From positions 1-64,000 of the forward strand of contig JAGSHN010000020.1 of the NCBI GenBank assembly GCA_029855935.1: DNA of 64,000 bases. The letters run 5' to 3'. Shown piece after piece: positions 9,197-18,480 of this stretch. The position numbers and the translations under genes were made by a program. Under the pieces are notes generated by a model. The model had not been told where the DNA came from. It saw only the letters and a program-made list of their open reading frames with translations, and searched no databases. This stretch comes from Candidatus Thorarchaeota archaeon. GTDB lineage: Archaea > Asgardarchaeota > Thorarchaeia > Thorarchaeales > Thorarchaeaceae. How positions within the stretch are numbered: the stretch's first letter is position 1; every line of letters starts with the position of its first letter.

Positions 9197-12100
9197 TCAG
9201 CCGCGTCTGCGTCTCAGCACGAGAACGATGACGATCACCGCGACTACGCCACCGACAAGCACGTAGCTGCCAACCGTCAGCCTGGGCGTGGTGCCGGACG
9301 GTGTTGTGGTCGTCGTGGGAACGGTCGTGGTTGTAGTCGTTGTGGTCGTGGGCGTTGTTGTTGTCGTCGTCGTTGTGGAGGCACTACCAAGGGAGCTGGA
9401 GTAGGAGACAAATACTGGGTCACAGATTATCTCCTCGCCGCCCCAGTGGTCGTAGCCGGCCGTCATGAACAGCATCGACGCCTCCACATTCCAGTCGGTG
9501 ATCGTCTCACCGTTGTCAGACTCGTAGATCAGGCTGAAGGCGCCAATCGGTGCCGTGGACGACCCGGAGGTGTAGACGTTGGTGAAGTTGTCGCCGCCCC
9601 AGGTGTACGGCAGGCCGCCCATGCTCACATTCGCGAACGGGGTGTCCTCAGATCCGAACTCGTAGTATGATGCATTGACCGAGTCGCTGTTCGGATCGGT
9701 GACGGGCCGCTCTCCAGCACGATAGACTGTTCTAGTTGCGGTCCCCAGCACGCCGAAGAAGTTCACGGCCAGACCGTAGCCCTCGAGGACGGTGTTGTTG
9801 AACTCGTCCAGAGTCCACTTGCCGAAGCGCTGGTCTACCTTGAACGCCACGGCGTGGTTCCACGTGGTCGGGTCATCTGGGTCGTAGTTGACCATGTTCA
9901 CGTTGAAGTGGATGTCGAAGGACATCTCCTCGACGTGGCCGTGCGTTATCCAGCTGTCGAAGTCCGTTGGGTCGAGACCCAGCGATCCCTCATACGACTG
10001 GCGCAGATCCCACGGACTCCTGATGCCATCAGCGTTCGACACCTGAAGCGGGAACAGCGTGACGTTCACATCATAGATGGAGATTCCGAAGGTGACCTCC
10101 GTGTCCGGGCTCACCTTGACGTCACCAGTGCCGTTGGTCGCACCAAAAGGCTGGCGTAGCTCCACCGAGCCGACAGCATCAATCAGGACAACGTGTGTGA
10201 CCTCGTCAGTGACGACCTTGCCATCCTCGATTGAGAAGTCTGGCGCGCTGGGTGAGGCACCAGTTGGAGAGTCCTTGAACAGCAGCAGGCCTGCGTACTG
10301 GGCACGAAATGCGGCCCACGTTGTGCTTGTGGCACTTGTTGCCACCTGGAACCACTGCTGAGTGCCCCAGGCGAACCACGTTGTCTCCCAAGAGTTGCCC
10401 TCGATGCCAGCAATCTCAGACAGATCGAGTGTCCGGTTCTTGGACAGCCACGCAATCCACTCGTATCCGGGCTGCGGGATGTCGTTGTCCATATCGGCCC
10501 ACAGGGTCTCCTGAATCTGGGCCATCTCAGTTGCATTGACCGGGCTGAAGTCACCAGCGTGGAACCAGTAGAAGTTCTCAGCCGCCTCAAACTCGATCAC
10601 GAGTTTGAGAACGCCCATCCAGCTTACCGAGTGAAACTCGTCGCCGGGCACACCCGGTGAGGGCTCGAAGTCCACTCCAACGGCCATGCCGTTGACCGTG
10701 ACGTTACCCCAGTCATGCCATGTGGCCGTCCGCTTCACGAAGTACTGGTCCTCGGTGGTGAAGATATTGCCGTCAAGGTCCAATGCTCCTTCATCGGTGA
10801 CGGTCCACTTGGGCTGCTCCCAGAACCTAACGTCGCCAACGATGAACTGCTGTGGCGTCCACAGTATGTCGCCCTGGATCTCATCGACGGCGTAGTAGGC
10901 CTGCGACCAGTTGAGGGGTGGCCACAGAACCCAGACACCCGAGCCAGACTGCGATACGTTTGCCTGGTAGAAGAGCCGGTACCCTGTTGTGACCCTGGTA
11001 CGGTCAACCTTCATCGACGGTGCTGTGCTCTCGAAGCGCAGCGTGACAAAGAATGTTGAGAGCTCATCGCCCACAGACAGCCCGTAGTCCAAGACTGTGA
11101 TCATAGAGCTACTTGTCTCCGTGGTCATTCCGACGTAGTTCCTGTCTGCATCGTAGTAGAACGTGGTCACTGTTGAGTTCGAGTAGGCAACGTCGTTCCG
11201 GAGGTCAACGGTCACGGTGTGGCTGATCTGGCTGTGCCAGAAGTGCGTCTCGTTGTTGCCATTTCCTCCGCCCTCGACGATTATGGTGAAGTTGTCCCGA
11301 ATGATATGCACCCAGTAGCCGTCGAGGTCAATCGGATTACCGTGCTGGTCTTCGAAGGCATGGCTCTGGTTGACGAAGACGTAGTAGCTTCCATTGACCT
11401 TTCCACCTGGGCCGTAGATGTCGAGCGTCACATTCAGAGTGTCACCCTGAAGTGCCCGGTGGACAACGACTCCGTCCTTCTTCACGTTGCCGTAGATGAA
11501 ATGCTTGTCGAATGCCAGCCTGACGGTGTTGTGCAGAGTTATCTCAGGACGTGCCTGCAACACCTCAGCGTCCTGGTTCAGCACCCGCCAGAAGTAGGGG
11601 TCGGCCGTGATAGTCCCGCCGACATCGTGTGGATCGGGATTCATGTCGGTCCGATTGGTGAAGTGGGCGTACCACGCGACCTCAGCACCGTCGTGGAGGA
11701 TCTCTGTCTTCTCAAGGGCAAAGTAGGGACTGATGTCAATCGACTCGTCGTACATCATGTCGAATGACAGTACCCACACGTGATAGACTATGCTCCACTG
11801 CCACGTGACGTTCGTCACGTAACCAGCAAGAGCGTAGGCTCCCGTCGAGTTGTAGACGAGGTTGATGAACGGGAAGCTCAGGTTGGCCGTTGTCCACGTT
11901 GTGCTGAAGGAGTTTATGTCGTCGGGAATCTGGACCGGGTTGTTGATCAGATACTGCTCCTCGAAGGTGAACGGACAGATTGGCACCCTCACGAGACCGA
12001 ACGGCTCGTTGGCTCTCACTCTGAAGACGAATGTGTCATTCGCCCCCACATAGTGGAGCAGGTCACCCGCCACATCCGTGATCTCCGCGTAGAAGTACCG

Positions 12101-12802
12101 CGGGAATCCGAAGAGCCTACGCTCGACCCTCTTGTCGAGACCAATCGGCGGGCTCTCGAACTCACCACGCTGGATCCTTGCGAGCCACGACAGTGACACG
12201 GGTCGGCCCTCGGTGTCGGTCGCCTGCATGCCGGTCCAGAAGATCATCGGGCCAACATCGATCTCGAACCTCACGGCGAACATTATCACATAGACGCCGC
12301 CACCCTCGCCGTACTGAGACGCCGTGGTGTTGAGGCTCAAGAAGTCAGATGGCTGCGGCTCCTGCGAACCGGCCTCGTATCTGAAGCACAGCCTGTTCCA
12401 CTCATCCGCGGTCGCGTTGTACTGAAGAACGAATATTGGCGACCTCGGGATGTGGCCTGTGCCCCAGAACAGCACCGAGTCGAGGGTGTTGCCCTCTCCG
12501 AGGAACTGCACCGGGATTGTTATGTTGATCCACAGGTCCGTTCCGACCTTCACGTAGTAGTCGTTGTCTGCTATGTCTGTGTCGTTGTCAGCGTACTTTA
12601 TCGTGATTGTCGGTTGTGGACCGAAGATCCACTGCGAGTTCTCATCCTGATGTTCGAACGGCTCCACACTGTTTGCGGTCTGCCACCGAACATGGATGAA
12701 TGGCTCTTCTGGCGCCTGAGCACTGACCAGGCTGACTGCGGCCGCTGCGCTCAGCAACATAAGAGCCATAACTAGTATTCCTATTCCAGTCGTCTTTCTC
12801 AT
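9197..12802 (-). CDS. Large cell-surface glycoprotein (S-layer-like), about 1200 aa
   Basis: Signal peptide, beta-rich body with many N-x-S/T sequons, poly-Thr linker, C-terminal TM helix and RRRG tail. Confidence 0.8.
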   Translation of the reverse strand: MRKTTGIGILVMALMLLSAAAAVSLVSAQAPEEPFIHVRWQTANSVEPFEHQDENSQWIFGPQPTITIKYADNDTDIADNDYYVKVGTDLWINITIPVQFLGEGNTLDSVLFWGTGHIPRSPIFVLQYNATADEWNRLCFRYEAGSQEPQPSDFLSLNTTASQYGEGGGVYVIMFAVRFEIDVGPMIFWTGMQATDTEGRPVSLSWLARIQRGEFESPPIGLDKRVERRLFGFPRYFYAEITDVAGDLLHYVGANDTFVFRVRANEPFGLVRVPICPFTFEEQYLINNPVQIPDDINSFSTTWTTANLSFPFINLVYNSTGAYALAGYVTNVTWQWSIVYHVWVLSFDMMYDESIDISPYFALEKTEILHDGAEVAWYAHFTNRTDMNPDPHDVGGTITADPYFWRVLNQDAEVLQARPEITLHNTVRLAFDKHFIYGNVKKDGVVVHRALQGDTLNVTLDIYGPGGKVNGSYYVFVNQSHAFEDQHGNPIDLDGYWVHIIRDNFTIIVEGGGNGNNETHFWHSQISHTVTVDLRNDVAYSNSTVTTFYYDADRNYVGMTTETSSSMITVLDYGLSVGDELSTFFVTLRFESTAPSMKVDRTRVTTGYRLFYQANVSQSGSGVWVLWPPLNWSQAYYAVDEIQGDILWTPQQFIVGDVRFWEQPKWTVTDEGALDLDGNIFTTEDQYFVKRTATWHDWGNVTVNGMAVGVDFEPSPGVPGDEFHSVSWMGVLKLVIEFEAAENFYWFHAGDFSPVNATEMAQIQETLWADMDNDIPQPGYEWIAWLSKNRTLDLSEIAGIEGNSWETTWFAWGTQQWFQVATSATSTTWAAFRAQYAGLLLFKDSPTGASPSAPDFSIEDGKVVTDEVTHVVLIDAVGSVELRQPFGATNGTGDVKVSPDTEVTFGISIYDVNVTLFPLQVSNADGIRSPWDLRQSYEGSLGLDPTDFDSWITHGHVEEMSFDIHFNVNMVNYDPDDPTTWNHAVAFKVDQRFGKWTLDEFNNTVLEGYGLAVNFFGVLGTATRTVYRAGERPVTDPNSDSVNASYYEFGSEDTPFANVSMGGLPYTWGGDNFTNVYTSGSSTAPIGAFSLIYESDNGETITDWNVEASMLFMTAGYDHWGGEEIICDPVFVSYSSSLGSASTTTTTTTTPTTTTTTTTTVPTTTTTPSGTTPRLTVGSYVLVGGVVAVIVIVLVLRRRRG

Positions 12803-13020
12803 CACATCGAACCTCCTGCCAACTCCTGTTCGCTCCAATTTGCCCCTATCAAAGCTCCCACGATGACTTGACTCGGCGTGCCGAGTAGCACGTCATCAGA
12901 TTCGAACAGGTAGATCATTGGCGTGACTTGGTTCATCAAAGGATCATTTCCTGTGGTCCTCTGATGGAAGAAACCGACTGGACGACTGCATTCATACCCC
13001 TTCACTGTTCGCATATGAAC

Positions 13021-14010
13021 TTATCGTGCGCGGACACCACACTGCACACCATTGACGACCGCCAGTCTTGCGACACCACGTTCCTGCAGCACCCTCAGGA
13101 GGTCGCGTGTCTCGGCAAGCGCGAGTACGATCTGGGACACATCGTATTCTCCATAGATGTCACGGGAGATCTGGTAGACCGACCGCGGCACATCTGTGAG
13201 AACCCTCTCCAGACGCGCAAGCTTGTCATCGATGTCGCGTCGCAGCTCCTCGATCCGACCGCTCAAGTCCTTGATGACCGCACGGTGACCGGGGAGGACT
13301 GTGTAGCCGTCGTAGCGCTCGAGCCTCTTCAGTGAGTCGAGGTAGGTGAGCATTGAGATGTCCTCGCCCTCGAAGTCGAGGCTGGGATTGGAGCTGATTG
13401 AGAGCAGGACGGTGTCACCTGAGAAGAGCAGGTGTTCAGACTCCGAGATCAGACAGACGGATCCGCGTGTGTGTCCGGGCGTCCAGAGTACGCTGAGCGT
13501 GCCCACTCCAGTCTGAATCGTGTCGCCGTTGTGAAGGCTGACGATGTCCCTGAGGTCGCGGCCCAGAGAGAGGAAGAACTTCGCAAGCCTGTTGCTCTCA
13601 AGGAGTGACATCATCTCGATGGGTGTTCCGCACTCCTGTGCTATCCTGAGATACGCCCTCGCGCGCTTGGTGACGTACTCTGTGTGGTGGGACACCCGGT
13701 AGGCGTCCTCCTCGTGGATGAACGCCTGTGCCAGAGGTCGCCCGGAACGCACTCGTGATGAGACGACCTCTGCCGTCATCCCGGCGTGGTCGATATGACC
13801 GTGCGTGAGTACGATCTGCTCAATGTCGCCCACCCTGACGTCGATGTCGGCCAGGCCAGCCTTGAGCGCCTCGATTGAGGGGCCGTACATGGGACCTGGG
13901 TCAATCATAGTGACCGGGTGACCCTCGATGACGTAGGCGTTGACGGGCCCCACGGGGAAGGGAGTCGGGATGACGATGAGATGAACGCCTGTCGTGACCT
14001 CAGGTGTCAC
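13021..14010 (-). CDS. MBL-fold metallo-hydrolase with a C-terminal wHTH
   Basis: THGHIDH, TPGHT, FSGD and LPGH motifs. Confidence 0.9.
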   Translation of the reverse strand: MTPEVTTGVHLIVIPTPFPVGPVNAYVIEGHPVTMIDPGPMYGPSIEALKAGLADIDVRVGDIEQIVLTHGHIDHAGMTAEVVSSRVRSGRPLAQAFIHEEDAYRVSHHTEYVTKRARAYLRIAQECGTPIEMMSLLESNRLAKFFLSLGRDLRDIVSLHNGDTIQTGVGTLSVLWTPGHTRGSVCLISESEHLLFSGDTVLLSISSNPSLDFEGEDISMLTYLDSLKRLERYDGYTVLPGHRAVIKDLSGRIEELRRDIDDKLARLERVLTDVPRSVYQISRDIYGEYDVSQIVLALAETRDLLRVLQERGVARLAVVNGVQCGVRAR

Positions 14011-14013
14011 TGA

Positions 14014-16032
14014 TCACAGCTCCTCGAAATAGACACGCAGTAGCTCGGCGACGGACCGGGCTCTGGAGACACATCCTCTGTCTCGATGCGGCTTCGACCC
14101 GTCGAACATATCAGACACCGTTCCGAGGCACCCCTTGCGGATCGTGTCGAGAACGGGCCTGAAGAAATGCTCCTCAGCGTACCTCTTGTTTGCCTCTGTG
14201 GCACCCTTCACGCGCAAGAACGCCGATATGTACGGCCCAATCAGCCACGGATGGACAGCACCGTTGTGAACGGCTGAGGCCCGAGTCCGCTCAGATCCCG
14301 TGACTGCACGCTGGAACCGCGGGTCGCGAGGTGACAGTGTCCTGAGTCCGTATGGCGTCAGGAGCTCTTCCGTCACAACCTTCAGCACCGACTCGGCCTT
14401 CTCATTGTCGAGCAGTCTGTAGGGCAGACTGATGGCGAAGATCTGATTCGGCCGGATTGAGGCGTCCTTCTTCTCGTCCGTCACCACGTCGTAGAGATAG
14501 CCGAGTTCGTCATCCCAGAAGGTCTGTACGAAGGCCTCCCGTATCCAGTAGGCAACAGCCCGATACTCGTAGGGATCGAGACCGCGCATCTCCGCAAGAT
14601 CGCCCATCGCCATAAGTGCATTGAACCACAGAGCGTTGACCTCGACACACTTGCCAATACGTGGCGTTGCCACCCAGTCGCCGAGACGCTCGTTCATCCA
14701 TGACACCTCGACACCCTCGATTCCAGAGAAGATCAGACCGTCGTGGTCCTCATGGATGTTGTACTTGGTGCCCATCCTGTAGGCCGAGATTATGGACTCC
14801 AGTGTGTCCCATATGATGCCGGGCAAGAACTCCGTGTCTGTCGTGGCCTTCACGTAGTGATGAACGGCAAGGACGTACCAGAGTGAGGCGTCGACACTGT
14901 CATATTCGGGCTGAATGCCGCGACTCGGAAAGTCGTTGGGGATGAGACCATAACGCGAGTGCCTTGCGTAGGTGCGCAGTATCTCGCGGGCATCGTTGAA
15001 CCTGCCGATGGACACAGTCAGCCCGGGAAGGGAGATCATCGCGTCGAGGCCGATGTCTGCAAGCTCGTGGTAGCCTGCTATGACCGAACGCGCCCGAGTC
15101 GACACTCTATCCACGATGAACGAGTCGGCATTGAACACCAGCCACTCGATGTCCTCCTCGCGGGGCTTGTCGCAGAAGGCGTAGGCGCGGTCGTTGAGTA
15201 TCTTTCTTCGTCGGAGCTCCTCGAACCGCAGACGGGCGAAGTCCTTTCGCTTTGCGCGCGTCAGTGACCCGAGGCCTCTGATCAGCTCCTGTCGTGACGG
15301 GCCTGCCGCAAAGAGGTAGGAGAGGTAGTGTTCACCAGCGGGAAGTATCGTGTGAAAGACGCCCGGGATCCACAGCTCCTCAAGATACTGCAGCCCCTTG
15401 GCCTTGTCCCGTCGATAGGCCTGCGGCTCGGTGACGTGAATCTCGGCGGGTGAGAACTCAGCATCGGGCGAATATGCAAAGACCCAGGGACTCTGCAGCC
15501 TCTCATCAAACGCGTAGTAGGAGCGCTCGTCGATACTCTCGTACTCGGGAGTGAAGTCGAGATGCGGTGGCCTGTGGTCTATCGGACGACAGGTGTGCAG
15601 CGGTGTGACTGTGAAGACCATCTCCTGTGGCGTGGAGATCTCGTAGTTGACGACGGTGATGTTGCGGCGGTAGGGCATGAACACAGTCTTGCGGAGCTCT
15701 ACCTCTCCTGCCCGGTAGGTCATCGTCGGGAGCGGATTCAGCGCAAACCCCTTCAGCAGGCGGTACCCGCGATGGGTGACGCCCTTGTCGGTCTCCTGCG
15801 TCGAGAGGTTGTACTCGTCCTCGCCCGTCACGATGGCCTCGTCCAGGCGCGACAGAGCGAGCCAGCGATCGACCGGCGGATTCATTGCACAGACAAGCAG
15901 CCCGTGATAGCCTCTCGTGTTGAGGCCCACAACCGTCGAGGATGCGTATCCTCCGAGGCCGTTCGTCGACAGCCACTCAAAGGTGACTGCGCGGTTCAAC
16001 CTCAGGTCAGCATCCTTCAAGACGATCGGCAA
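14014..16032 (-). CDS. Glycogen debranching enzyme-like protein (GDE_N + amylo-alpha-1,6-glucosidase domain), catalytic residues substituted
   Basis: EWLSTNGLGGYASST, TRGYHGLL, VDASLWY, GKCVEVNALW, IRPNQI and LTPYGLRTLSP motifs. Confidence 0.85.
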   Translation of the reverse strand: MPIVLKDADLRLNRAVTFEWLSTNGLGGYASSTVVGLNTRGYHGLLVCAMNPPVDRWLALSRLDEAIVTGEDEYNLSTQETDKGVTHRGYRLLKGFALNPLPTMTYRAGEVELRKTVFMPYRRNITVVNYEISTPQEMVFTVTPLHTCRPIDHRPPHLDFTPEYESIDERSYYAFDERLQSPWVFAYSPDAEFSPAEIHVTEPQAYRRDKAKGLQYLEELWIPGVFHTILPAGEHYLSYLFAAGPSRQELIRGLGSLTRAKRKDFARLRFEELRRRKILNDRAYAFCDKPREEDIEWLVFNADSFIVDRVSTRARSVIAGYHELADIGLDAMISLPGLTVSIGRFNDAREILRTYARHSRYGLIPNDFPSRGIQPEYDSVDASLWYVLAVHHYVKATTDTEFLPGIIWDTLESIISAYRMGTKYNIHEDHDGLIFSGIEGVEVSWMNERLGDWVATPRIGKCVEVNALWFNALMAMGDLAEMRGLDPYEYRAVAYWIREAFVQTFWDDELGYLYDVVTDEKKDASIRPNQIFAISLPYRLLDNEKAESVLKVVTEELLTPYGLRTLSPRDPRFQRAVTGSERTRASAVHNGAVHPWLIGPYISAFLRVKGATEANKRYAEEHFFRPVLDTIRKGCLGTVSDMFDGSKPHRDRGCVSRARSVAELLRVYFEEL

Positions 16033-16120
16033 CGCATCGGTCTCCGTTTCAGTTCAAGCGTTCAGCCAAGTGCTGTACCTTAAACGTTACTCTCAGCAGA
16101 GAATCAGATGTGGCAGCGTC

Positions 16121-17362
16121 TCACTCCCCTTGCGACCCCAGCCTTGAGACCGCCCATCTGACGAGAACCACGCTGATGAGCCCTGCAACACCAGCAACGA
16201 TGTAGAGTGCCCTGAGACTCCCTGTGAAGGTCCAGATCCAGGCACCTACGTTTGCGGCTATCAGACCCGTCGACCGCATGAGGACATCGTATGTGCCCAG
16301 GGCCCGTCCCTGCTTGTCCTCATCCACGTTCCTGACAACAAACGTGTTCTCGGTGCCGACCCAGACGGCAATTGGTACCGCCCAGATAATCTCCAGAACG
16401 AACATCATCACAACGCCCGAGCCAATGCCGAACAGAAAGACGACGATGGCATTGAGTGAGAGAGCGGTGGCAAGTGCGGTCCCGTGGGCCCTGTCAGCGA
16501 GTCCGCTGGCCGAGTACGAGACTATCGAGAACGTGAACGAGAAGGCGCTCCACGTCACAGCATACACCGCCGTTGAGACACCCCACTCTCCCACGCAGAG
16601 ATTCCCGAAGTAGGGCAGGGCCATATTGAACACAAAGTAGAACGGCAGGATACTGAACGAGAACAGCCAGAAGTTGCGGCCCAGGCCGCGGACCGTGACG
16701 ACGGGGCCCATTCTTGCCCGCTCCTTGACCTCATCAGAAAGGGTCTCTCTGAGGACCGCCCAGGCGACGGCGATTGTCAGGCATGCCCACACGGCCGCGA
16801 TTGCATAGAGCATTGTTGGGTCATAGACCTCGAGAAGCGCGGCACCAATGAGCGGAGCGGCACCGTCGACAGCAAATGCCGGTACAAACACCATCGTGAA
16901 TCTCCGCGCTGTGTCCGTGGCGCCAACAGCTGCTATCTCATCCGCAGGAAAGGCCCGCACAAGGACCATGACAAAGCTCCAGCCCAGGCTGGCGAGGGCG
17001 TAGCTGAATGGTATGAGCGGCCACACCGGTGCAGTCGCAAGGAGGTACAGGCCGAGCGCCATCGGGACCAGCGACAGCATCATTGTCCGTTTCCGGCCGA
17101 AGAGGTCAGAGACTATGCCGGACGCGGGCGCGCCCAGGAGTCCCATTGCCGTCCCCGCTGTGAAGGTGAGCCCCATCTGCCACGGAGCGAGAATTGTCTC
17201 CAAGTGGATACCGAACTGCCAGTTCCACAGACTGAGGGAGAATTGGGCCATCGCCATCACGAGAGCGAGTCGCCACAGTCGTCTACTCAGACCGAAGATC
17301 AGCCGACCGGCCTCGGTCCGCTCAACAGTCAGTCCAACTGTGCCGTCGCTCATGTCTGGCAT
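16121..17362 (-). CDS. MFS transporter
   Basis: About 12 TM segments, motif A GIVSDLFGRKR, and QGRALG. Confidence 0.9.
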   Translation of the reverse strand: MPDMSDGTVGLTVERTEAGRLIFGLSRRLWRLALVMAMAQFSLSLWNWQFGIHLETILAPWQMGLTFTAGTAMGLLGAPASGIVSDLFGRKRTMMLSLVPMALGLYLLATAPVWPLIPFSYALASLGWSFVMVLVRAFPADEIAAVGATDTARRFTMVFVPAFAVDGAAPLIGAALLEVYDPTMLYAIAAVWACLTIAVAWAVLRETLSDEVKERARMGPVVTVRGLGRNFWLFSFSILPFYFVFNMALPYFGNLCVGEWGVSTAVYAVTWSAFSFTFSIVSYSASGLADRAHGTALATALSLNAIVVFLFGIGSGVVMMFVLEIIWAVPIAVWVGTENTFVVRNVDEDKQGRALGTYDVLMRSTGLIAANVGAWIWTFTGSLRALYIVAGVAGLISVVLVRWAVSRLGSQGE

Positions 17363-17449
17363 GGTCGTTCATCGCGGCCGGATGCGGACTACGATTTGAG
17401 GCTGTCGGTCTGCTGTGAAGAGAGGGACGTGGCAAGAGGGGTCCGGCTC

Positions 17450-18028
17450 TCAGTCTGCAGCAGCCAGTATCTTCCGCACCATCTTCGGAGCGGTCCGGCC
17501 GAGTGCGATGAGCACGATCTCGATCAGGAACGCGAGGAGGAACACGCCGAGCGAGATGGAGAATACGAGAAAGCTCAGCGCCGTGGCTGCTATTGCCCAC
17601 ATATAGTACTTGAACACCAGCCAATAGGCATACATTCCCATTATGAGAATCAGGCCAATCGCCAGCCCGTAGAGCACTATCACGGGCTTGGTCCCAGGCA
17701 TATCCAGGTTGACCTTCTCCAAGTCGACGTTCATGATGATGCGACCGAGACGACGATTCACCCTCACAAAGAAGCCGATGGCGCCGAGGAAGATGAAGAG
17801 AGTGATCATCGCACCGAGGAGGAGCAAGAAGACAGCGATGTCCGGGCTTATCTGCTCCACAATGCCGCCGGGACGACTCACCACGTAGGCAGTCAGCGAG
17901 CCAAGAATTCCGATGCCGCTCACTATCTGCGCCACAAAGGCCACAGTCGCAATTCCTCGAAGCGAGGACGACACGTCGATCTGCGTGCTCTCGATGTCTT
18001 CGTTCGTCGGCGGTTCAAGTTCATCCAA
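17450..18028 (-). CDS. Hypothetical 4-TM membrane protein (start uncertain; TTG 18028 likely)
   Basis: Four long hydrophobic helices. Confidence 0.7.
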   Translation of the reverse strand: MDELEPPTNEDIESTQIDVSSSLRGIATVAFVAQIVSGIGILGSLTAYVVSRPGGIVEQISPDIAVFLLLLGAMITLFIFLGAIGFFVRVNRRLGRIIMNVDLEKVNLDMPGTKPVIVLYGLAIGLILIMGMYAYWLVFKYYMWAIAATALSFLVFSISLGVFLLAFLIEIVLIALGRTAPKMVRKILAAAD

Positions 18029-18480
18029 GCGAATCCCCAAGAGTGGGAGGAAGAAGTCCAAGATAAAGCCTTGTGATGCCTCTATCTGGGGAGGAGTCAG
18101 TCCTCGATGGACCGCCGAAGGCCCGTGTCGTTCTTGGTTCCATAGCAAGAACACTGATGAGCCGCCTCGGACCAGTCATCTTAGCGGACCCCTCCACCAT
18201 TGCTGGTGCCGACTGCAACGCATCCGCTTGGTGTGTCCCTCTTGGGCCAAGCGGTCGTGTGAGCTCAACGGGTTCCTGCGCCTGAGGGTCGCTGGCAGTT
18301 CATCATACGTCGAATTCTTGACCGTCAGCGGATCGACTACACAAAGGCTAGGCTGTCCTCGAATATATTATTCAATTCTTGTTGGTACTAATAACACTTA
18401 AGCAGGTAACATGGGCGGGCGACTCACGCACATCCTGCGCGAGAATGCGCAGCCAAGCTGCAACTATCTCACAATCACAG

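Noticed and set aside
9300-9380. Trinucleotide-like repeat tract
   Set aside because: It simply encodes the poly-Thr linker of the surface protein.
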